A stretch of DNA of 64,000 bases, from contig NMRA01000255.1 in NCBI GenBank assembly GCA_002633005.1, positions 511,689-575,688 on the forward strand, given 5' to 3'. Positions 53,506 to 64,000 of the stretch are shown piece after piece. The notes below the pieces were generated by a model, which did no database searches, was not told where the DNA came from, and was given only the letters and a program-made list of their open reading frames with translations. The stretch comes from Phoronis australis. Lineage: Eukaryota > Animalia > Phoronida. The number at the start of each line of letters is the position of its first letter. Positions within the stretch are counted from its first letter, which is position 1. The position numbers and the translations under genes were made by a program.

Positions 53506-56500
53506 ATGTCGTGGCTATTTGGTCTAAATAAGAACCAGCCCACAGGGCAAGTTCCAGACATACAACTTCCAACTCCCCCTGCTTCGGGAGGCGACGGTCA
53601 GGGTGGTGACCAGGGAACCGGCGGCTCGACGAAAATGGAAGCTTACCGGTTCGACTCGGCGGCATTGGAAAGAGCAGCAAAAGCTGCCCAGCAATTAGAA
53701 AGATCAAGTAAGTTTCCAGAGAGGCGGTCTCATGCGTTGTGCATTTTAGTGTGTCAGACTCGCCATGTATTCTGCTAGGCATTTGAGAACAAGGTCATGA
53801 AAGCCAAGGTGATGCAACCTGGCTGTTAGGCAATGACCATCGCCTCTGTTGGCCCGAAGCAGAGGCGATGTAGAGGCTATAGGCGCTCTGTACGCCGGAA
53901 GCTTTTCGGCGAATTATGCCTCGCACCGACTAAACCATCAAAGTCACGTTGTTATAAATACCTTTTGCGCATAGAGGGACACCTTACGAGGTTGTCGATG
54001 TGTTAAATTCCTTCCAACTCGAACAAATACTCCTGTTATGAAACTTTTTCTTCGAGCAGTCCCTATTTCAGTTCCCAAAATTGTGAACTCAACTTTTTCA
54101 TTTTTTTTAACCAGGCCGAAGGTCAGAAGTTGCGGACCTACCGGCGAACTTTGAAAGCTGAAGTTCCCGCCCTTCGCGTACGTGCTGCCGGGAACCAGTC
54201 GTGCATTTGCCGTGTTGTTAAACATTAAAATGTCAAATATGTGCAAAAAGACTATTAAATGTCATATCAACAGCATTTGTTTTTATCAAATACAAACAAT
54301 GATTCATTGAAATACAATCAGTTTCAAGTAACGCCAATTAAAGACAAGTATAAGTGGTGGCATTTTGGAAACGAACATTTGACTGCCAAGACCGCAATGG
54401 CTCACCTTTGGCCTATTTAAAGATTGAGGTCATGAATTGGAGCGTGCGCAGTATAAAAAAGTTGAGTTCACGATTTTGGGAACTGAAATAGGGACTGCTC
54501 GAAGAAAAAGTTTCATAACGGGAGTATTTGTTCGAGTTGGAAGGAATTAAACACATCGGCAACCTCCTAAGGTGTTCCTCTATGCGCAAAAGGTATTTAG
54601 AACAACGTGACTTTGATGGTTTAGTCGGTGCGAGGCAAAATTCGCCGAAAAGCTTCCGGCGTACAGAGCGCCTATAGCCTCTACATCGCCTCTGCTTCGG
54701 GCCAACAGAGGCGATGGTCATTGCCTACCTGGCTGTGTACATGTCAGAGTCAGTGTCAATGACCACCGTCTGTACTGTCACCAGCCTTAGTCAGAGACGG
54801 TGAAGCTCCTATACAGGCTGAGCAAAGAATCATATGCTTCATATCTTACGCATGAACCATCTACGAACCCATGAATCATGCATACAAACAAACATCATGC
54901 GCAGTCCGACCACAAAAATCAGGCATATAAGATCAAAATCATACACACGAGTATTGAATCACACGCCTGAACACTTTATTCGTTTGGTGGTTCGTGGGTA
55001 TGACTTGGAAGCTCGTGTGTATGACTTCACACAAACACGTAAAACCTTTCTGCTGTCTTGGCTCAAAGTAGGCAATGACCATCGCCTCTGTTGGCCCGAA
55101 CCAGAGGCGATGCAGGGGCTATAGGCGCTCTCTATGCCGGAAGCTTTTCGGTGAATTATGCCTCGCACCGACTAAACCATCAAAGTCACGTTGTTATAAA
55201 TACCTTTTGCGCATAGAGGAACACCTGAGGAGGTTGTCGATGTGTTTAATTCCTTCCAACTCGAACAAAAACTCCCATTATCAAACTTTTTCTTCGAGCA
55301 GTCCCTATTTCAGTTCCCAAAATCGTGAACTCACCATTTTTATACTGCGCACGCTCCAATTTTTACCGCGCTCGCTAGGTGGTGTGACTTCATGACCTCA
55401 ATCTTTAAATAGGCCAAAGGTGAGCCATTGCGGTCTTGTCAGTCAAATGTTCGTTTCCAAAATGCCACCACTTATACTTGTCTTTAATTGGCGTTACTTG
55501 AAACTGATTGTATTTCAATGAATTATTGTTTGTATTTGATAGAAATAAATGCTGTTGATATGACATTTAATAGTCTTTGTGCACATATTTGACATTTTTT
55601 ATGTTTAACACTTGTCACGGCAAATGCACTGCTGGTTCCCGGCAGCACGTACTTCAGCTTTCAAAGTTCGCCAGTAGGTCCGCAACTTTTGACCTTCGGC
55701 CTGGTTAATCAAATGAAAATGTTGATTTCACGATTTTGGGAACTAAAATAGGGACTGCTCGAAGAAAAGGTTTCATAACGGGAGTATTTGTTCGAGTTGG
55801 AAGGAATTAAACACATCGACAACCTCCTAAGGTGTTCCTCTATGCGCAAAAGGTATTTATAGCAACGTGACTTTGATGGTTTAGTCGGTGCGAGGCATAA
55901 TTCGCCGAAAAGCTTCCGGCGTACAGAGTGCCTATAGCCTCTGCATCGCCTCTGGTTTCGGGCCAACAGAGGCGATGGTCATTGCCTAGGCTCAAAGTGG
56001 CCTACTCAGTAGATTAAACTTTCGGCAATTCCATTGCCCTGGATGCCACAGGCATACAGGGGCGATAGAACATTCTCACAAAAAAGTTACTCATTTCAAA
56101 ATACAGGAAATAAAATCAAATGAAACATGCATATATGCACATGGAGTTATAAACAACTCATACCATTCAGTCAAGATAATTTGAACAAATCGATGAAAAT
56201 CTATCGCGGTTTGCTCAAGTTTCTCTTACCGGGTGCCATTTTGAGGAAGTTACGTGAAATCACCCATGTTGAAGAATAAAATGTCCAAGGGACACAAATC
56301 TTACAAATTTCACCTGATACCTTCTCATGCTACAGTAGCGGATCTAGGATATCACAAGGGGGGCCCAACATTTTGTCTGGCCGTAAACATTTTGCGCAAA
56401 CTACGATTGTGTATGCGCATAGCACCGAATGGGGGCAAACCCCCCTCCCGTCCAGGAAATTTTTCTGTTTTTCTTCTAAAAATCAAGCATTTTCCTTGAT

Positions 56501-59500
56501 TTCTGAAGTATTATCCAAGAAAAAAAGGCAAAAAACGGGGAACTTGTCACACAGGAAAAACTGCGAGTTCCAGATTCGAACTCACGTCCTGGCTGATAGA
56601 ACGGGCGTGCTTTACCACTACACCACCACGATTTCACTACTAAACTTAAACTAAGAGACCTACTTGTTTATGGTCCACAGCGTTTGCGCGCGAAACCTAC
56701 TTCTTTTTGTAATGCTTATTACACGTTTTATATTTTGTGCAATCGGTTCTTAACAAATTTGTTGTATTTAAAATAGTCATCAAATGCCGAAAAGACCAAA
56801 TCCGTTTTTCGTGTTGGCAATAATGACAGGATTGCTTTGGAAATCGTCTTAAGTTAAGGTTTGACAAAGAGAAAATTAATGAGTTTATGAGTGATTCACT
56901 AAGGCTTAGATTAAAATTCACATCTTACCAGCAGCTTCTGTTTTTTCATCGTCACTCAGGTTCCATTTTCTTTAAAAAATGAAGTAAATTTTCTTCATTG
57001 CACAGTGGAGCAGACGACGGAAATGCGCAGTGCCACTATCGGTCGCCTGGGATATCGCGGGAGAGCCTACACTTAGCCATAGTTCCGTTACGAATGTGCT
57101 GTGTTCCGAATTTGACACTTGAAATTAGATCTGAGCCCACCCCCAAACACTAAAACTGCACACATTTAAATCTTTTTTCATCCGTATAATTTTAATTACT
57201 TGGGCAAATTAATAAACTCAACATTTTCCTATGCTGTTGCTGTTTTATTTTTTTTGCGGCAGCCAAGCGGGGGTCCTGAGCCTCCTGGGCCCCCCCCCCT
57301 GAATCCGCCTATGTGCTATTTTGGAAGTGTCACGCGCTTCGCTCAGTCCCGCGCTAGCATTTGCCTAACTCACGTGACTCAGTTGACATACTTTGGGGTT
57401 ATCGCGCGCGCAGTGAAAAAGTTAACGGCAACCAAAAAGTTGGAATTCTGCGCCCAAGTCAATTTAATTCTCACAACTAAGCTTCATCGAAGATATGTAT
57501 AGAAGTAGAAAGGGCCAATTATAGAACGTGAGCGCTTTATTAAATGATAGTTTTAAGTGTGGAATGTATTTTTGACGAGGTGAAAACTCAAATTGGGTGA
57601 CCGTTTAAAATTCATGTAACGAAATGGGTACAGAAAGCGAATGGAAGTATTGTAGCCCCTAAATGGCCAACCGAGGGGCTACGTGTTGCCTAACTGAAGT
57701 TGTACTTTTCTATGCGCACCTAGTCTTAGTTCTAAAACAAAAGTTGCCTGGTAGCAAAACTAAGTGAAAAATGCCAGTAGTAAGTTAGTACTAGTAACTC
57801 GAAATTCCCAACAAACATAACATCTTCAGCTGTTTGCCATTATTGCAGTTTTCACCAGTAACAAAACAGTCAGTGTGTATGAAATATTTAAAGACCATCT
57901 TCCTTCGGATGTGCAGTGTAAAGTAATTGTTTTCCTTTTTTCTAGCTAATGCTAAAGAAGCACTTGATCTAAGTAAACAGCAGGAGGTATCCACTCAACT
58001 GGATCATCAGCGCAAAATAAAAGTAAGTGTCTCTCATTTTTAACTCCGTGCATTTCGTATGAAGCTGTGCGTGAGAATTTAACTGGGAAGCGAGAATGGC
58101 TTTAACCCAGACGAGTGTAATGATTGTATCATGATTGCATTGTGCCTTGTGTAGTGTGACGACATATTGTGTGAAACGTGTTTATTGCACAGTAGTTTTC
58201 AGAAATAAAATGAAGACTTTGACTGAACTCTGTCAAACTTGGTCAAAATTCTTGCCAAAATTATTCAGCAGGTTAGTCACCCTTTGCTGTGAAGTAAAAT
58301 GACATTTTTGTCGATATTTAGTCAGGGTTTAATAAGGCATTCTTGTGCCTGACTGCCAATGGGATGGAGTCAGTGGATTTGCAAGGTATTTTATTGCGAT
58401 TTTATCAAAACACGTGAAGAAACACGTAATGGTGTGACCAGAATTGAAACAACTTGGAGCCGAATACAAATGTTTATTTTACGTCAGACCTTCTTTAAAT
58501 TGAAATGTCAGTGAATATCCAAGTTGTCAGTATAGTTCAGCGATATTCCTGGACTGCACCCTTGGGACATTAGCGCATAAAAAAGGCCCAAGTACATTGC
58601 ATCCGTGCACCCTCCAGGCCCATCTTCTAATTATGCAACACTTCCAAAAATGCAAGGTTCTAGTCAACTTACAGCCAGTTGGGTAAACAAGACTCTGTTG
58701 TTATGTCGATTGTCCTTGGGGTGTCTGTGTCCTATGTTACCTCTTTAATTACACCAAGTCTGCTGGGCACAACCTTTTGAAAAAGGCACACTTTTTATCA
58801 TCAGGTACGCCCAAAGGGCACAGGTTCTAATCTGGTCAGGAATATTCCTAATAGTTTCAAAACTACCATATTAGTAACAAACAAGATCATATATATCATC
58901 TTGTTCAGTAACGTTGCCTTGTTTGATCTGTTGTCTTCTAGGAATATGAGGCACACATTGAACAGATGAAGGTCGAGCAAATCCGTGCTCAACAAGAAGA
59001 GAGACGTAAGACGCTGATCGAGGAGACGAAACAACACCAACAGAGAGCACAGTATAGGGACCAACTGGAACGCAAGCGTTATGAGGATCAATTGGTGCAG
59101 CAGGTCTGAATGTTCAGTGGTCGTGACTTCTTTGACTTCCCTGGGCAGGTTCTGTGGTTGTGTCTTATGGTTTCTCAAAGTGCCGGCAAAAGTTGTGGCC
59201 ATTTATGCTGCTGGCAAAATGTTGGCAAAAACGATAGTGTTTTAGCCGGTTTGTGAAGAGGAAGTGAAAGTCTAAGTCTTGTCATTAAGTGCCCTCTTCG
59301 TGTAATTAATAATTAGTATTCAGTTTGAAATAACTTTTCCTTAACAATGGTAAGGAAAGATATATTTTTACTGCACACTTCAGCCATCAGGTCGGATGGG
59401 TATGTTTACAATGTCCATCTTAATTGATTAAAATTTGTTGTGATTTTAACTGATCCTTGATTTGTTTATTTTTAGTTTTGTCTTTCAGACGCATAAGTAG

Positions 59501-62500
59501 CTTGACAATTGTGGGCTTTTATTTGTAGACACGGGTGCAAGAGGAAAATCTACGAAAGCAGGAAGAGTCTATTAAAAAGCAGGAAGCAATGCGGAAATGT
59601 AAGCTCTCATACCGTGTTCATTTGTCTTCTTTGGCTGTTTAGTACCGCTACAAGTTCTAGTTGGCTTTCAGCTGTCTGCAATGGTCAGTTTTTGGTGGTC
59701 GGGTGGCATTAATTGTTGACCGTAGGTTTATGTTGCTGGCTTTAATTTATGTTCCTCTTAAGTTGTTAGCTGTAAACAGTAAACAAAATTTAAGCCATAA
59801 GACGAGTCAGATATACTGATTGTGAGTGGATCGTGCTTCTTCTTGTCAGCGACAATGTATTCAACGTCTTTATGACATGTTAGATGTTTAGAAAACACTA
59901 AGTGTTTATTTACCAAAATGTTTTTGTGAGTCTAACAATTGCCTGATGTAGTGTGCAATATCTTGCCAATAGCAGGTGTGGCCTCCTAGCCAGGAGTTGA
60001 GACTGTCTGTTACTAGGTTTCACTGTGAGTTTCTTGTCTCTACAAATACAGCGACCATTGAGCATGAGGCAGAATTGCGCCATAAGAACGAGATGTTAAA
60101 GCTTGAGGCAGAAATGAAGGCCAAAGGCAAGATTGATCGAGAAAACCAAGACCTAAACCTGGAGCAGATCAGGCTGAAGGCAGCAGAACACAGGCAGACT
60201 GTGTTGGAGGGTATTAAGTAAGACAAAGTTTTGTGTATTCAGTTAAAACTGAACAAAAAATCTGACTTGAAGTCTTGAGCATCAGATGATTGCTTATGTA
60301 TGAGTCTTCAGATAAGTACATTGGCGTGTAATTAGGGTGATGCAAAAGACAAGGGTGGGCTTATGTCCAGGTGGGCTTGTATCGGACATTTTTGGTTTGG
60401 CTTCTGCGTCAAGTAGAGTGGCACAAAGTGCACTACCTGTTGAACTGGAGTGTGAATCTTGACTCGCCTGCCATGCACTTGAAAGCTGTCGTTGATCTTT
60501 GTTCTACAGCAGTTGATAAGTGTTGACAGTTTTTGGTAGAGACTAGTCAATTCCAGTCTCTTGTGACACTTGATTAGCCCTCTCAACAATCTGGTATAGA
60601 GTGATCTGGCTATCTCTATTTTGGATTAGATAACGCTATGGTGGATGCAGCTAGTTGTTTACTGTTATTGGTTGTATTTTAGGTCATTGAACAAATCTCA
60701 AGTATAGACTTAGTCTTATTTATTTTATAAGTACTGTATTTGATGATGTGGTATGCTGTACATCTTCCCCTCATTTCTTTCCTCTAGAACTGCTGGCTCT
60801 GTGTTAGGGGCTGGATTCCAGGCATTCATCAGTGACTGGGACAAAGTATCGGCCACGGCAGCAGGACTTAGTCTTCTCGCTGTTGGTGTCTATGCTGCCA
60901 AATTCGGCACTGGTGTCGCCGCTAGGTACATTGAGGCCCGGGTTGGTAAACCTTCGCTAGTCAGAGAGACATCGAGGCTCACAGCTTTCTCAGCTCTGAG
61001 GCATCCAATACAGGTACAGTTGTGAAGCACAAATTTCTTACTGAATACCTATATATGTCAGGTAAAAGGAAGTAACTTAATTACACTATTGGTCATAGGC
61101 AACAGAGTTGCAACTCCGATATTTCGATGTGGAAGTCCCAGAAGAGGTGCCACTTTCTGGTTAGCAGACGATTTGCTGAAAGTAAAACCATAACTCACCC
61201 CTGACACCAGTGGTGAATAGTGACTTCTCAGCCAATAGTGTGCGTACGATCACAGATTTTTATTCGTTGAGAATATACAAAGTTGGCGTTCCATGTACTA
61301 TATATGTGCGTGTGTGCGTGCGTGTGTGTAGTGCAGTGTTCTCCACAACCTGTTTTGACTCATCACTTCGCTAAATATTGCTGTGACGAGATTGGCTTAC
61401 ACAACATAATTCAGATCTCTGACTCATCACAATATTTTTCATTTCATACATAATGTTTGTCGTCCTTGAAACATTCACTCATCCTATTTCTGTAGATGTG
61501 TATTTGCTTTACAGACAGTTAAAAGAATAAGGTCAAAACCCCAAGATGCGTTAAAAGGCATAATACTCGATGTAAGTATGGGTATCTCAGGGCTTGGAAT
61601 TTTCCGCAGAAACGCGGATTTCCGCTTTTTTCAAATGTGCTTTCCGCTTTTTTTATAATATTTCCGCGTAAAAAAATTTTTATTCCTCCTGATTTTTGTG
61701 GGGAAAGGTTCACACTGACCATTTCAAGGCTGGTTATCGGGCAAGATTTGGGCCGTAAAAGTTTCAAAGTTTCCGCGTTTTTTGTCATTGGTCATTCCAA
61801 GCCCTGGTATCTTCATTTGGTCTGCTTTTCTTTAAAATCATATTTCAATCACTATTTTCCAAAATATCAGCGGCTTGTTTAAAATTTCTGATTCATATGG
61901 TTGTAGAGTATTTTGTGTGTAAGCAGACAATGCATGGTTTTACATGTAACTTGGTTGGAGATGGACTTTTACTTTGTTTTTAAATTCTTTGCCATCACCA
62001 TGTTTTCAAATCACCGTTTTGTCAATTAGTGAGATGTCTGTGAATGTAAGAAATTGCGTCATGGTTTCATTAACTGTCCGTCTTGACCATCACAGAGTAT
62101 TTGTTTTAATACCGCCACAACTGATGTGTGTGGCACGACTGAGCTGTGTGGTTTAGTTGTTTTCAATATTGGTCAGCTGTGCTGAGTCGAACCTACCAGC
62201 TCCACAGTGGTAGCTAATTGGCCTGTTGCTGAGCCAAATCCCATGAGTTAAATGACTAGTAAGAGTATTTTAAGTTCAATACAAGGATAGACATCAGTCA
62301 TGGTTTCAGCAAATGTCTGGCAGACAAAGATGAGAATTGGTGATTTATAATTAAATCACGAAAACACAACGGAATTTGTTGTTTTATAGCTCTGGTCAAA
62401 GGTACCAACTTGGTGAAGTCTGTCCTATCCATAAACTGTAAGACCAATACTACGCCTTTGATTGATTTCTAAGGTTTTAAACAATTATGTTGAGAATTGC

Positions 62501-63912
62501 TCGGATACTAATTTCATGTTGAACATGCTGTTACAAGAGGTCTGTTATGCGTTAAGTGTATTTGAATTTGTTTTGCACTCAGCCACTGCTGGAAGAGAGG
62601 CTCCGAGACATTGCTATAGCAACGAGACATACGAAAAAGAACAACGGAACGTACAGAAACATACTAATGCATGGTCCCCCTGGAACCGGGAAAACCATGT
62701 TTGTCAAGGTAACGCGTAGTACGACAGCGAACAATGACGGTATATTGAACTTGCTCGTTCAATTGTAGTGTTTGCTGTGTCTGCATACAATGTTTTCACT
62801 CATTCGCTCCCCTATGTCTGTATGTGAAGCTGGATTTGAAACCTTTTCTTTCAAATGGTTACACCTCGTGGTGCCTGAAAGTGAAAAGTTGCAAAATTAC
62901 TAGACATGTAGATGAAAGGTGTCACTTTCAAATTATTGTTTGGAGTGAACATCATTCTACATGATCATTATATGGTGCTAAACAAGTGACGTTTGATCCG
63001 TTTTCTTTTGACCATTTGTTACTGCAAGCAAAAAGAGCACTGTCCACATACACGGTTCAAGTTTTCAAATTAAAATAGATACAGTCATAATTTGACCCAA
63101 AAATATTACTATCCATTCTTTTCGGCTATAACCCCTTTCAATTCTGGCTTAATGTCGACAAAATCTGAACCGGTGGTGATCCACACACTGTCAAAGTCTG
63201 AACCAGTGTGGATCCACACACTATCAAAATCGCGACAACTTATTCTGCAAGTCCGTTCACATTAAACTGATTAAATTTCGACAAACTGCTATTTTATTAT
63301 GGCAAAAGTTCGTCTGAACTGACGAATAATTCTTGCCAGAAGTTTATCATAGTTTGGTGGAATTTGATAGAGTTGTTTTGATTTCTAGTTTATTCTAAAA
63401 ACCTAACTGTATCTACTTGTGACATTAAACACTACACTAGCTTCTGCAAATTTGAGCTTTCTCAAGGTCCTCTCGTACATTACACTGTCTTGCTCTTGTA
63501 TAGACATGCGATACAACAGCTGCCCGATATTCATCGATGACAAAAATGCATAATGTACATTTAATCCTGGATCTCCCATCTGGACATCCATCGTCGTCGG
63601 ACAAGAAGATTTGAAACATCTGGTGTGAAAACATACACAAACATGTGGAGACACCTATTGGATGCTAATAGGTGTTGTGTTAAATACCACTTGCTTTATA
63701 AGAAAATTTGCTGCCAGTGTACACAAATGTTAACTGCAACTATACAGTAGTCTGTGATGCCTAATCATTGTTCCTGGTCTGTCACAGAGTTTAGCCGCCC
63801 ACTCTGGTATGGACTATGCCATCATGACAGGGGGTGACGTGGCTCCCATGGGGCGTGACGGAGTCACTGCCATGCATAAGGTCTTTGACTGGGCTTCCAC
63901 TAGTAGACGAGG
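53506..63912 (+). CDS. ATAD3: ATPase family AAA domain-containing protein 3 (mitochondrial), first 9 exons; continues beyond window
   Basis: Exons 53506-53707, 57946-58022, 58942-59103, 59529-59598, 60052-60217, 60788-61013, 61515-61571, 62583-62708 and 63788-63912 (GT-AG, phases consistent). Motifs [32 protein letters not shown], Walker A GPPGTGKT and [17 protein letters not shown]. Confidence 0.97.
53827..54727 (+). mobile_element. Mutator-like (MULE) non-autonomous element, copy 1
   Basis: TIRs of ~270 bp starting TAGGCAATGACC, with 9-bp TSD CCTGGCTGT (53818-53826, 54728-54736). Confidence 0.88.
55069..55988 (-). mobile_element. Mutator-like (MULE) non-autonomous element, copy 2, inverted
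   Basis: Same family as copy 1 with the internal sequence reverse-complemented, and 9-bp TSD GGCTCAAAG (55060-55068, 55989-55997). Confidence 0.88.
56333..57313. mobile_element. hAT-like non-autonomous element with 5-bp TSD, containing a tRNA-like segment
   Basis: Termini CAGTAGCGGATCTAGG ... CCTGAATCCGCCTATG, flanked by TGCTA (56328-56332, 57314-57318). Confidence 0.65.
56563..56630 (-). other. tRNA-derived / SINE-head-like sequence
   Basis: Minus strand GGTGGTGTAGTGGTAAAGCACG...GTGAGTTCGAATC contains Pol III A and B boxes at tRNA spacing. The acceptor stem is poor. Confidence 0.55.
61588..61806. mobile_element. hAT-like MITE with 6-bp TSD in ATAD3 intron 7
   Basis: TIR CAGGGCTTGGAAT ... 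ATTCCAAGCCCTG, flanked by GTATCT (61582-61587, 61807-61812), with TTTCCGC subrepeats. Confidence 0.75.
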
Positions 63913-64000
63913 GTAAGGGGACGTTGATTGTTTATTGGATATTTATTGCACTTCTCACATATTAACTGGATTCTGTCGCCTGACACAAGTTGGACTTAAA

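Noticed and set aside
54413-55966. Repeated ~100-aa ORFs (MTIASVGP...)
   Set aside because: They are readings of the MULE TIRs. A stop interrupts the copy starting near 53833, and there are no transposase motifs.
58801-59202. 133-aa minus-strand ORF
   Set aside because: It is an antisense shadow of ATAD3 exon 3.

Overview
This is AT-rich, intron-containing animal genomic DNA, probably from a marine invertebrate (the taxon cannot be fixed from sequence), taken from a draft scaffold with N-joins. Three spliced genes can be reconstructed. The first is a 7-coding-exon SLC22 organic cation transporter (+, 28273-41738) with an apparent frameshift in its last exon. The second is an uncharacterised leucine-rich-repeat (LRR/LRRcap) gene on the minus strand that ends in a CaaX box. 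The third is ATAD3 (+, from 53506, running off the window), which lies head-to-head with the LRR gene across an ETS/NRF1-motif promoter. The first ~27 kb is an accessory region containing an internally deleted Kolobok-type transposon (THAP transposase plus a P2X7-ballast-like KolX gene) with both filled and empty TTAA sites, a tandem Helentron-like (HINE) element, a Penelope fragment, two broken arylamine N-acetyltransferase copies, and a solo LTR with a nested LINE fragment. Introns carry many MITEs with readable target-site duplications (TSDs), and two Penelope relics retain hammerhead-ribozyme-like motifs. All calls come from manual reading; no database searches were run.
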